From Azolla caroliniana (Eukaryota > Plantae > Polypodiophyta): 64,000 nt of DNA. The notes under the pieces are model-generated. The model did no database searches and was not told the origin of the DNA. It worked only from the letters and a program-made list of their open reading frames with translations. A program made the position numbers and the translations under genes. Within the stretch, counting starts at the first letter, position 1. The number at the start of each line of letters is the position of its first letter. This document shows positions 51,001 through 63,866 of this stretch, piece by piece. The stretch spans positions 26,598,001 through 26,662,000 of the forward strand of contig JBHGNT010000002.1 of NCBI GenBank assembly GCA_043228905.1, in the 5' to 3' direction.

Positions 51001-51660
51001 CGGGTGCGTCGATCCGACAATCGTAGAACCAATGGTGATCTTCACGGTACCGCATGTGCCGTGGAGCCTCAAACCGATTCCGGTACGAATGGCTCACATC
51101 CCGAAGTTGATGGGGCTGCTCAAGCAGAAGGTGGAGATGGGGATACTCGAGCCGTTGAGTTTCCTTATTCGAATCAGTGGTTTATGGTGCCGAAGAAGAA
51201 CGACACGCTGCGCTTTATACAGGACCTACAACCTGTCAACAAGGTGACAATTTGGCATGCAAAAGTCAGACCGATCATTGATTAGTTTGCGGAGACCTTC
51301 ACCGGAAGGTTGATCTACTTGGTCAGGAATCTATACTCCGGGTATGACTAGTTCCAGCTAGCTGTGGAGAGTAGGGACACCACGATGATGTGAACCCCTC
51401 TCGGCCTAGTTTGGATGTGTACCCTACCGCAAGGATGGACCAATTCGGTGGCACACATGGGGAATGCAATGAACAAAGTGTTGAGGGACTACATCCCGGA
51501 CATCACCATGCCATTTTTAGATGACATCTCGATCAAGGGAAGTCCAGAGGACACAAAGTATGGGTCGTCGGAGCGGGCGAATGCCGAAAGTTTGTTGCAG
51601 ACCACATCTCCGACTGTGAGAAGATACTGTACAGGCTTGAGGGCGCTCAACTTACCTTCT
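48050..51660 (+). mobile_element. Old decayed copy G of the tRNA-Trp gypsy family (LTR end 48260, gag-pro, RT start)
   Basis: LTR end GGTCCCGCC...CATGACA, degenerate PBS TGGTGAACTCGAAGTGA, gag MRGSELTEAMAV, IDHGSEIN, RT LPQGWTNSV / FLDD; truncated at ~51660. Confidence 0.88.
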
Positions 51661-53129
51661 TTCTTTGTAGCCTTTCCAGCCACAATACCAACATTCCGTT
51701 TCAACCTTCCCTTGTCGATTCCCAGTGCTGCGATGACTCCCTCTGCTTGTGGAGGGTCTGGAACTGATGTCGGCATGTCATTTATGCCTCAAATTCTGCT
51801 CTTGTCAACCGCTATCATTGCATGTTGATCCACCTCGTCCTCCACGGCCACGGGGTCAATTCGCCTCGATGTACAACATCCGGCTGTCTGATTGTGTGCT
51901 CCTTGACACACCGCGTGGTTCTCTTCGACCATAAGCATCGATTGTAGGTCAAAAAATGACGGTGGCTTTTCCCTTGTGCAAATAGCCGTCCGGATCAGTC
52001 CGTACCTCTGAGCTAGACCACTGAGGCAAATCTGTACCATTTCGTCCTTGTCCACCATCCGTTGTAGACTTCCTTGATTTTGGTGATGTAGCCGGTCATC
52101 GTCATATCCCTCTGTCGGATATTGTTGAGCTCTTGACGGAGCTGCAACTTCTGGGCCATGGTACTTGCGGCGAAAATCTTTTTTAGATTTTCCTAGGGAT
52201 CCTTTGGCTTCTTTGTATCCCGAATGTAGCCCAACATTTGCTGGTGCACACATGACGCAAGGCAGTACAAGACTCTGCTTGCTCCTTGTTCCCAAACCGG
52301 AAAATCCTTGGGTGCCAATTTTGGCACTACATTTTCTCCTTCAAGATGTAACTCCAGTTGCCATGCCCGAGCAAGTACTGGTGCATCTTGTACTCCCAAG
52401 ATGCATTGTTGTTTCTATCCAACTTCTCAATGGGAAGAGCACCACCCATTCCTCTGTCCATTTCTTGTTTGTTCTTTTCCAGAGATTAGGGTTTGTCTAT
52501 GTTGAACACTTGTTGGCAGGAGAGGATTCTCAACCCTCGCGCTCTGATACCATGTAAAGATTCAAGTGCGGAAGCTAAACAGAATAGAACCGGCTTAGCT
52601 AGACATCAACAGAGAGAAACACAGAGAAAACAATGGAGATGAATAGTATGCGGGAGAGACAGAGAGAGAAGAAGACTCAAAAAACTCAATTCAAATAATA
52701 ACACTCTATAGATACAAATGTGCTTAGTCGGCACTTTTATACAAGTCCATAAAGGACGGTCAGAAGTACTGACAAGTACTTCAATGCTCATAACTGAGCT
52801 ACTAATACTAACTCCTAGAAATATAACTACCTACTAAGCTAGGAGCATAGGCCTCTAATGGCCTACCAGCTCCCCGTGGATCTAGGCCTAGCCGATCAGC
52901 CTTCATCCGATCGGCTCTGCTTGTTCAGCCAATCCGGCCCATGTTGAGCTTGCTTGTGAACAAGAAATATGTAAAACACATCCACACTTAGTTACAAAAG
53001 GGTTGGTTTAAATACCAACTAACTTAGGCAACTGCCCCTTCTACTATTTATAAAACTAGTATGAACCTAGAGTGTTTGTTGCTAGTGCGAAAGACATTGC
53101 ATTGGGGAAGTTGGGTTTGATTCTCAACA
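51661..53129 (-). mobile_element. Copia 5' fragment: LTR 52553-53129, iMet PBS, gag up to the zinc knuckle
   Basis: TGGTATCAGAGC at 52541-52552; UBN2-type gag (RVLYCLASCV, MVQICLSGL...FDLQSMLMVEE); CWYC knuckle at the truncation. Confidence 0.85.
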
Positions 53130-53745
53130 CGAGAAAAGTCCAGACCATGCTAGATGCATCCTCTTCTCATGTCCATGGACCCTACAAAAGGGACCAAACA
53201 AGTTATCATTCATTAATGTACAAATATGAATATAGGATTGAGTAGAAATGAGTAAAAATGTGGATATACAAATTAGTATCGAAGCTCACAAAGTCTATGT
53301 AGCTTGAATTGTACAGATTCTAAACACCTTGGTTGATTTAATCCTACAATTACAGACGAGGGGGGGAAAACATCAACACAATATTTTGCTTTCACTTAAA
53401 CAATTTAACAAATTTTCTTCTCTTTAGATATGTTGATATTGACATTTCAGGGTTGCAATAGACGAATTCTAAGTTGAATAGAAGTCACTAACTTCCTATC
53501 TAAAGATGTTTAGAAAAATAAATCACATGTCACGTATTCAAGTGTCCCACAAATGTTTAGAAAAAAATCTTATTGGAAATTAAATGAGGTATAGCCCCTA
53601 ACAACTCAAAATCACAACATATGTCACTAGGATGATCATCCATGTCCTCACAAATGCATTGCTAGGTCCTTTGAAGACCGCCATGAGAACAAAAAATGTC
53701 ATGAGAAAGGTCAAAACCAATTTAGATCCTCCACAACAAGATTAA

Positions 53746-55582
53746 TCATGTAGTTATATGCACAAATAATGAAATAAACAACACACCCAATGCCAACTCA
53801 GCTCCTGGCGTCCCCCTAGTGTCCTCATCTCCGTTTGAGCTTGGTGAGTTGGAGTTTGACATTTTAGTGGTCTTCTTTTTTGGTGGTCTTGATTGCACTT
53901 TAGATGCCCTTTTCGGGGCCTTCACTGGGGAGGGCAAGGGCTCGCTTAGAGTTACATGGCCTTGTATATAAGGCCTCAAGGTGACAATAAGGTTTTGTGA
54001 GCTTTCTAGATCTTTAAAAGATTCTGGCCCACAAGTTTCCCTTACTAGTAGATCTTCAGAAAGGTACACTTTACGTACCCCCTTAGAGCACTCTATCGTT
54101 ACAAAAATGTTGGTTGAATCTGAATCTTCGTAGTCAAATCTTAGAATATGGCCATACATAAATGAGGTTTCATTTTCAAGCTGACCGTCACCCTTCTTCT
54201 TTGATGTATACAACACGACTTTTTTCTTGGAGTCGACGTATTGCATACACCATTCCTTGTTCGTTAGATCACAGTCAGGAAGGTCCTCACCACCAGTAGC
54301 TGCTAACTGTTGTTGGGGTGGGGGGTGAGGCCTAGATTCGCTTCACCCCCTCCCAAGGGGGTTACGATAAAGAGAGAGGAGAGAGTGAAAATAAGAATGA
54401 CACCAAAATAAGAGGGAAAAAGTTATTCATTACATACCCCATAGGGGGTTTATATAATACATCCAATGTAACGGTTACATGACCGTTATAAATAAGACCG
54501 TTACACATTCTTGTACACATGCACATAATTATGCATGTGTCCATACACATACTCATCCTCACACACTCATTTACTTTACACATACACATCAACCACATCA
54601 TTACACATACCCTTATGCTTCCCTGTATATTCTTACAGGTAACACAAACATTTTCTTTTGGCTGACATCATCGGATGGTTGAGATTTTGTCTCCTCATTG
54701 AAGAGAAGCTTTTTTCCTCTCTTCATGTTCTGAGGAACTATTAGTTTCTGGGTCTCAATTGGAGAGCCCTGAATCCGGAGCTTTATCTTCTTCACAGGTC
54801 GGTTCGACAAGTTCTCAAATGACCTATTTAAGAAAGGACATGCGAAAACATAAGTTAGGTGGTTACCTAGATTAAGGTTGTATATTAAAATATACATAAG
54901 TAGACAAAGACAAAAACTAGTAGACGATTTGTGGTAAACTATAAATATCAATCTTATATTAAGTGAACATGATAGTCCTTTATTCAAAAATGATATATCT
55001 TAATAATTATACAAGGATATGTATCATATTGAAGGGTAGGTATGGCTTATATTGATTCCATATCCATATTGTAGAGAATTTGCATATGACAGACTTAAAT
55101 TTGGTATCATAAAGGTAATTCATGGGTTATTTTCTATTATTTTAAGCTATTATAGGTCATAAGACCTTTTTAAGTAAGGCCGCTAGCTACAAAATATAGC
55201 AAATGTCACTAAAAAAGTCTGAATTGGACATAAATTTTGGTATCTTCTCACACATGTACTAAATTGTTCCCCCAAACACATAATATTCCTGTTTAAATTC
55301 TGTGTTTTATACAGTAACTCGATACGTCGTATCGTGGTCCTGTATAAAGTTCGTGTTTTATACAGGAACTCGATACAGGGTATCGAGTTCATGTATAAAG
55401 TTCGTGTTTTGTACAGGAATTCGATACGACGTATCGAGTTCCTGTATAAAGTTTGTGATTTATACACTGTATAAAACATGGACGCCGTATCGAGTTCTTG
55501 AGTGCTAAAACATATTTACAAAAATGTCCAAAGTGTCAGACGCTTACCTGGAGTCTTGGTGCTCGATTTTCTTTGAAGACAT
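53746..55582 (-). CDS. Putative spliced gene of unknown function (exons 55582-55548, 54823-54637, ~54306-53746), possibly decayed
   Basis: TATAAATA at 55721-55714, ATG 55582, donor CAG|GTAAG, acceptor TAG|G restoring frame, donor CCT|GTAAG, then the 166-aa ORF. Exon 3 boundaries are uncertain. Confidence 0.5.
55309..55500. repeat. 51-bp tandem repeat (3 copies plus partial), each unit a ~37-bp palindrome
   Basis: Consensus ATACAGGAACTCGATAC-nnn-GTATCGAGTTCCTGTAT-AAAGTTCGTGTTTT; units start 55309, 55360, 55411. Confidence 0.9.
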
Positions 55583-55887
55583 GCTTCACGTTGTCGATGC
55601 TTAGGGGGAGATCCCAATTTGGTGCTCCGTGCTCTATGTGCTTTGTTTGCTCTGTGTGCTCTTGTGCTTTGTTCTGCGCCTGTGCTTCGTGTGATTGAGA
55701 TGTGAGGTCTTCCTATTTATAGGGATTGATCACAGTGGTTAAAGTAACCATAGTCACTTTAACCAAGGTTGCCAAGCTTAAGGTTAGTTAGTTAGTAATC
55801 AGAGTCACTTTAACCAGAGTTACTTTATTTAGTACATAATCTTGAGTGTACCAATCACTCTCTAATGGATTTGAATTAAATGATGCT

Positions 55888-56230
55888 TATGAATTCATCA
55901 ATGATTAAATACTCAAACTAACATACAATGACTTTGAAGGTCATGAAGGAAACAATGATAGAGGTTCATGAATGAACCAATGATTGAATACTCAAAGTAA
56001 CATTTTTATGACTCTTAATTGCTTTGTATTAAAGATGTGGCCATGAATGAACCAATGATTGAATACTCAAAGTAACATTTTTATGACTCTTAATTGCTTT
56101 GTATTAAAGATGTGGCCATGAATGAACCAATGATTGAAAAAGGCTTATATTTAAAATGGTGGGCATGAATGAACCAATGATTGAGAAGTTCTATCTTAAA
56201 TGTGGGTGCCATTAATTAACCAATGATTTT
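55888..56230. repeat. 75-bp tandem repeat (two apparently identical copies, 55968-56117) with extra ATGAATGAACCAATGATTGA heads
   Basis: Direct sequence comparison; the core recurs near 55888, 55968, 56043, 56118, 56166 and 56211. Confidence 0.9.
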
Positions 56231-56417
56231 TACTTTAAACCAACATATATATGGCTTGGTAATGATTGTAATTATATTATACTTGATGGCTAAAGTAAAT
56301 TTAATTTAAATGATATATTATCGTATTAATAAGGTATAAAAAATAATTGATTTAACTTTATATTAACTAGTTTAAGTAATTATTAATATGTTGAATACAA
56401 TTATTATATTAAAAATA

Positions 56418-56548
56418 GGAAATTGGTAAATTCACAGTTTTTTCCGTATTTTCACAATTTTTTGGGGGGATGGAATCTGGCTATAATTTGTAATCATATA
56501 AAAAAAAACTGTGAAAATACAGAAAAAACCGTGAATTTACCAATTTCC
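56418..56548. mobile_element. 131-bp MITE with ~45-bp TIRs and 8-bp TSD
   Basis: GGAAATTGGTAAATTCAC... and ...GTGAATTTACCAATTTCC; TAAAAATA on both sides (56410-56417, 56549-56556). Confidence 0.8.
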
Positions 56549-56714
56549 TAAAAATAATATCTTTATTTATTTTACTAATATAATATTAAATAATATAGAC
56601 ATTATATTGAGGGAGCTTCTGTTTAGAGAGGAGTTTATGTTTAGAGAGTAGCTTATCAGTTTTTTATATTAGCCCAAACACATAACTTAAAGAACTCTGT
56701 GTGGACCTTAAGCC

Positions 56715-58575
56715 ATGAGTGAAGACTCACCGTTCTCAATTGAAGAGTATTGTTTGTCAACAGACTCACCATTTTCTATCGAAGAATATTGTCTGAGCTC
56801 ATCTTCACCTACACCGCATGTGAAAAATGACACATGTGAAGAGTTCTCTATTGAAAAATACGATATTAATAAAGATACGAAGAATGAAGGTAGTGCCAAT
56901 GAAACATCGAATATCATGGGCGATGGTCACAACATAGAATTGGATAGTAACAAGGTTACACCAACTTCTATGTAGGAAGAGAAATCTGGAAGCCCTATGC
57001 ATATTAGAAGAATCCCATGAAGAATTCGTCTGGCTAGATTTAACTTGGTGACATCCGATAAGAAAATTGGATTTGATGTCAAAAAAATATGTTGTGCCCG
57101 TGGTTGTATGTCTATAATTGGAAAATCAAAGTTGCGAGAATTAAGGCGATACTATTTTTCGATGATTGGTGATGAGCAAGATACTTACCTCGGGTCACAT
57201 ATGCAACTAGTGTCTGACAAATGTACAGGGATCAAAGTATCATTCGAGTATTATATCTTCCATGCAAAACAGATATGTAGATTTGCATTTAAAATTGCGT
57301 TATGTGTTAGTAACATGCGGCTACATAGAGTACAACAATGTCTACTTAGCGGGGATCAGATGCTCAACTGTAAAGAGGTTCCAAGTATGAAAGGTGCAAT
57401 TGGAAGACATGCTATTGGTTGGATGAAAAGTTACTTTCAATTAAATTGTGAAGTAATGCCCACTACAGGTAGGATGCACCTCTCTGATAATTACACACGT
57501 CGGGAAGTTTATGATGTCTATCGATCTGATATGGTGGGCTCACATAATAAATCTGTCACATATAGCCAATTCACAAGATTACGGAGAGCTCGGTTTTCAA
57601 ATGTTATCATTCCACGTAAAGTATGCATGGGGTATTGCTCCATTTGTGCAAATCTTAAAAGTTGCAAAGACATAAATGGAAAAGGATATGAGTAAGAAGT
57701 TACTACAGGAGCATCGTGAGGCACAATCATTAGAACGAAAGAAGGCGATGCATCATAGAGAGAAGTGTTTGAAGAGGCCCGAACAATACATGTGCTTAAT
57801 GATAGATGGCATGGACCAGAAGAAGACGTGCTTGCTGCATATGTGGAGGCTCCCCAAAGACGACAATGATGAGTGCCTTGTTCAAATGCACTTGGTGGGA
57901 TGCTTGGCTTATAATAGGTCAGTTGGACCTCACATCTTCATTACATACCCCAATGTTCACAATGACCCTAACCTAACAGTTATAGTGATTCATCGAGTTT
58001 TGATGTCTTGGGGCCAACCGTTCCCCCTTGTTCTATACATTCAATTGGACAATACTGCTAGAGAGAACAAAAATTCAACTGTGTTTGGCTATCTAAGTAT
58101 GTTGGTCAACCAAGGATTGTTTAGAAAAGTGAAAGTCAATTTTCTTTTGGTTGGCCACACACATGATCATATAGATCAGATGTTTAGCACATTCTCCAGA
58201 CAGTTGTCTCGGCATGATGCTTTCACATTACCTAAACTATTTGATGTAATTTGTGATGCATATACACCACGCGCAAAAGTGTTACACTTGAAGGAGGTAG
58301 ATGACTTTAAGAGATATATATCAGATGGGGGCATTGGGAATGTTAAAATCCTTGCTAAGTTAAACAATATAAGCTTCCATCACATTTTTATGATAAAGAA
58401 AAATGAAATAAGTGGTTCTATGCTTTTGTATGCTAAACAATATTCATCTTCTACAACATGGGAACCTGAAGGTGGTCGCCAATTATTACTTTGTATGCCG
58501 AGTACAATTGTCCATGGAGCTAAACAAATGCCAATTGAGAAGAAAGGACAGTTGCATAGTGACTTGGTATCATAA
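56715..58575 (+). pseudogene. Sola-like DDD transposase pseudogene
   Basis: One frame from ATG 56715 with two in-frame stops (~56973, ~57018) and a frameshift near 57680. Motifs ICRFAFKIALCVS, CSIC, IDGMDQ, QLDNTARENKN and FLLVGHTHDHIDQMFS. Superfamily call is from motif memory. Confidence 0.7.
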
Positions 58576-59349
58576 CAAAAACGGTTATGGCTCCAAGTCT
58601 TCGACGTATAGTTGAAATAGAGGTAAAAGGCCAAATCGGCATCTTATGGTCACTTTGAAAATAACTACATCTATTGGCATTGCCCTTTGGGCAGATTTGA
58701 AAACTATGATGTTATACCAAGTAATTTAAAAACTACAATTAACTACAAGTTTTATATGTTAAATGAAAAAACAAAACTGTATTACACACTCAGGTTTCCT
58801 TTTACCTCCTTTCCTCTAACAAACATAGAGTACACCTACCTTAGAAATTCATTGTTCACACATCATTGCAATTGAAACAATAAAATAAGCGTTGATTATA
58901 TATAAAGAAATATTTTCTATCAAGATATTAAGTATTAATCAAATGTATTCTATATATTTTTGGGGAAAAAAATGTATTCTATATAGGGACTAATTAGAGG
59001 TTATTTAAATTGAGGGTTTGTAAACATTTGGCAAAGCTTGAACTTATCCTTTACAAGTTTGAGACTTTTTCGCCATGGTGATGGGACCATCATTTGTAGA
59101 AAGGTGGCAATAGAATGATAAATTTAACAATCATACAAGCAAGGTGCTTTGGAAGACATAATGTATGCCTTTTACTTTTCATTAATTTATTAATATCATT
59201 GGAACTTTATAGCACACCACTCAATAAATGAGTTTGTTCTTCAATATCAAAATGTGATATTATGTAGGGAGACATAGGAGATATCAAAACTCGTTTGACT
59301 AGAATTTCTATAGTTCAAGATGATATTGACTAATGAATGTTTTTGTTCT

Positions 59350-60990
59350 ATTATAATGGAATGAAAAGGTTGAAAGTATACCCAATTTTTATTTTGATAA
59401 AAAAGTGTTCATTCTCCATGAATAACAAGAAGCCATAGTAGCCATAGTTGTCAGTTGGGTGCATTATAGACATGAGCATAATCCTAACTCTAACAACATG
59501 AGCAATGCATGCGTCATGAAATTTCACGCCATACATATTATACCTTTCATGTCATGTTCACATTCAAATAGGTGGAGCAAAGGACAATCATTCAATACTA
59601 CCGAGGCACAAATAGTTTCACACCTTGTTTTATTGGAAGAGGAGGATGTGCATCCTTGAGTCATCAATCTATCAATAATTAGGTCTTTCATTATGGCCCC
59701 TAACCATCTTGCAACAACATGGGTGCCACAAAATATGTTGCTAAAAACTTGTTAATAAGGTATATATACACTACTGAGACATTAATCAAGCTCCACCATG
59801 TTCATGAATATATGTAATTGAGTTGGAACCCATATCTTATAAATCCAAAGGTTTGATATCAAGCACAAAAGCATGAGAAAAACAAATTTAAAGATCCATG
59901 TAAGTTGATGGAGATCGTCAAACCTTGATAGCATCAATATGCAAGAAAACAATGTGACTTAAATGTTTCTTGGAAAAATATCCAAAACTAGGCCAACTAG
60001 AATTTCCATTTTACAATAATTGAATCAACTACAAGTAAAAGAAAATCAAAACATGTGGAAAGTGTGCCCTAATCTTCTTTGAACATGTTTTCTTTGCTTA
60101 GATCTTAATCCTTGAAATATTTTATAGACATTAAATTTGCTCATAAATTGGAACGAGTTATTTTTAAATTTTAGAAAAGAGGATTAATTTTCTATTTGGC
60201 ATGTTACATTCAAAATTTTCTCATAAATTTGTCCATTGAATGACCATGTTAAAATGTAACGATGTGGCAACTTTCAGGAAAACAATTTTCTAGTAACTAT
60301 ACTCACAAATGTATCATCTCAACATTTTATTAATGTGAACCAATCTTGATAGTGAGTGCATTGCATCTATAATAACAAGACATAACTAATACTTGTTACA
60401 CATACTTTGTGAATGAACAATGACCTAACTCACAAGAGGAGAAATACTATCTCCCAAAATCAACAAATTTTCTATACTTTAGGTATGTTCACACAGAAAT
60501 CAATTGAACAAGGGTTGTTATTCATCTATATTGGGGCATGCCTCATGATAACTTGAGGAGGCATATGTTGAGAAAGCCATTAGTCATTAAGTATACTCCT
60601 ATTACTTGGTGGTAGGAACATGCAAGTTTTTATTTTTATTTTTTCAAAACAAAATATCCTTCCATTAGTTTAAAAAAAAGCACATAAGCTACAACCTACA
60701 AAATAGATGGAAAGGAAACGACGATCCTTCCCAAGTCCATCTTGTGTAAGACAATGGCTAAACATGGATCATTTGTTTAACTGAGATCCATCTCAAAATC
60801 AAATTTCATTTCAGTATATACTACCAATTCTCCCACGTTGGCACTTGCTTTCAACATACCAAAAAATGTCATTATATTAGGTAAGAGACCTTGCACAAGC
60901 ATTTGAGGATAGAGTTGTATAGCATCCTCATTCTTATCATGCTCAATATAGCCCAATAACATGGCAGTCCATTGTGGTAGGAACATGCAT
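59350..60990 (-). pseudogene. Decayed PLS-class PPR gene remnants
   Basis: WTAMLLGYIEHDKNEDAIQLYPQMLVQGLLPNIMTFFGMLKASANVG (60777-60986) is a clear PPR P-L motif; the more 3' pieces are weak. Confidence 0.55.
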
Positions 60991-62447
60991 GTTGTCTAAT
61001 AAGGTGCAAAGAAAGTACTTAATCCTCACTAAACATATATAACATCAAATTTTCATTTTTAGCGAACTCCCACAGACTAAGAGTTTAAATACATATGCAA
61101 GCACCCTCATTCATCCATTCACAACAAAAGCCATACACCAACTTTGTCGCATTGAATTCTACCTTAGTTTGGTGAAATACAAACATTGCACCATTCAACA
61201 TAGGTTAATTTACGAGAGCCTTGATCACAAAACAATATGATGAGGACCACATCACAGAAAAAATTAATCAAATAGATGGATTTATAGATAGAGAGGTTTT
61301 ATTATGACCACATCTTAATGACTAATTGCCTTGAAAGTGAAAATTTATGAAAACAAATACATACATGTTGATGTCGCAATAGAAGATCGTGGCCAAATAG
61401 AACCAAAAAATATCGAGAACAGAACCCTTCACGTGTTACACAACAAGAGTGAAAACTAGTACCCAGGTGGTAGAGTCAACAACTACAAAGCAAATCCCCA
61501 TACCTATGTAAGAACCATACTTATAGAGGAGCTAGATAGCAACTAGTTGGTTCATGTACGGTAGACTCGAACAAAGTCAAGGCAATGACACTTTATCATC
61601 TCTCTACAACCATTGAGGATGTGTCTTGAGTACACATGAAGATTGGACCACACATAAATGGAAGCAATGACCCAAATATGCCATGAAAGGAGTTAGAGAG
61701 TGGATGGAAAGCTCACACCAAAACCTAAATAGCCACCTTGAACTTGCCCTTTATGATGCAACTTGCATTGGTATGATATAACTATACATTTTCTATAGTA
61801 TCATGCATTTGTGACATCTCACAATATAGTTATTGCCACACTTCTAGATACCATGCATGGTAGCAAAGTGGCAGCCACGAATTGTGTGGCCATGTCAGAA
61901 CAATGCATAGCATGATGGTGCACTATGTAAAGAGAAATATGTCAAAACCATTCTTAGACTAGTCCAATGTCAATATTTGATTAACATTCGTAATCTTGAT
62001 ACATGTTAATATGGTCATTGGCTTTGATCCATGATAGTTTGAATTAGAATCCCCTTTTCCCTCTTCTTATTCTCAAGAACCTTAGGAAGCATGTTTTTCA
62101 TAGCCATGGAGTATATCAATAAGCAAAAAATAATGCTTGTGCGTCTTGTTAAAACTCCAATAACTAACCATCAAGTTTGTAGCATTAGAGCTAGAAGATT
62201 AGGAAGCGACAACATGAGGAACTTCATCAAAGAGATTCCAACTAGAAGAAGCATTGTTATCTCTATGAACACAAGGTGTGAAAGCACATCCAAATCCTCC
62301 AAAAGAACCAAAAAATATTCTTCCCATGAAATCTAGTGGTACTTTATCATAGTTTCAAGGATTCCTTAATCGGGTATCCCTCAACTACTTGATATCCAAC
62401 TAATAATATTCAAGTTGAATTGGTTGAAACATATATAAGAGGCACAC

Positions 62448-63866
62448 ATTTACAAGTTGTTCATGGTGTCAAGATAATGATTGTTGCCATTTCAACGACA
62501 TATTCCTCATTGTTGACAACCTTCCGACCTATGTAGGAACATTTTTGGTTTGGATGCTTCATAAATGAAATATTGTTGGTTGTCAACGGTGTCTCACCTA
62601 ATGGGTGCATTACTTATTTTGAGCTTCTTGACAACAACAGATTGTAGCCTCATACCTTTGACAACAATTATCTACAACACATGCGGAATGCACCAACCAG
62701 GGTGGTTGCTAAAATGCGAAAGAAGTGGCTGCTTGATCCTTATCCTTCCATTACTCATATGTGTGATATGATGTGGTTGTATGCAAAAGAACCAGTTACA
62801 AGATTATTATGGGATCCGAGGGGTTGGTTCTAGTCATACTCCTTGGGGGAATAGATCATAAAGGTTCCCTTCTTTCAGTATTCAGTGAAGCTTGGAAGGT
62901 CATTACTGATGTCTCAGAATGTAACAGTGCCAGCAGCTCAAAACCATTGAACTAACGGGGGTTTTTCAACTTTGCAAATGAAAACCTACTAGAGATAGAT
63001 CTGGTCTTTCAAGGGGCCCACTAAATTTATCCTTTTTATATGGTTATTAGTGCATGCAGCATTACCAGTTGGCAGTCATTGAAAGGGAATGTAGCAACTA
63101 ATCTCAAGCAATGTGGCTTTTGTTATGCAACTCAAGAGACTACCAAGCATGCCCTATGGTCTTATCCCTTGGTTTAGCAAGTATGGAATAAAGTTCTTTC
63201 TTTATTCCTAACGATTAATGTTGGTTGCTTGTTCTCATGGGGAGCAACGGTGTGGGGAGTTTTACATTCCAGCTTGATGTTGTATGAGGCAAACGATATT
63301 CATGAGGCCATGACGGTACACAATAGAAAATTGATATCAGTTAGTCTGTTTCAGCAACATCGAAAGAAGATGCAATCTGCCCATGTTTGGAAAACAATCA
63401 CTACGGTAACGTTATGGGTATTATGGAAATGTAGATGTAATTGACTTTATGATGCAACAAATCTTGGTCCTTCAGAATCTATATTGCTTGAGATATGGGA
63501 GACATTGTTGACAGTAGTCCGTGGGCAATATGATAATATGTATGATTCTCTAGAAAATGTTCATAAGAGAAGGACGAAGCTTCTTCACTTATGGACTCGG
63601 AAGTTGCCCCTCTTTGTAGTGTCAAATCAAGGGCCTCAATAGAACTGTTGACTTCCATGAACCCTTTCTTGAATATCAATACATCATGGTAATGTACCGT
63701 ATCAAATTTCAACACCCCTTTATAAGTGGTTTTTGTATATACAAGTTTTGGTGTACATACAATGTCTTTTATTCTATGTTGTAAGCCTCTGGGCAGATAA
63801 CTTTTACTTGTAGACTTCAGAAGTTTTTAATATTGTTGAAGAAAATTTTTCTAGGGAAAAAAAAAA
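62448..63866 (+). mobile_element. 5'-truncated LINE with poly(A) and long TSD
   Basis: zf-RVT-like CGFC...ETTKHALW and LWVLWKCRC; A-run 63857-63866; TATATAAGAGGCACAC at 62432-62447 and 63869-63884. Confidence 0.8.

Noticed and set aside
55309-55500. CRISPR-like array
   Set aside because: Eukaryotic context, near-constant linkers, no unique spacers and no cas genes.
56418-56548. The inverted repeat as the terminus of the Sola-like element
   Set aside because: Both arms lie on the same side of the transposase and have their own 8-bp TSD, indicating an independent MITE.
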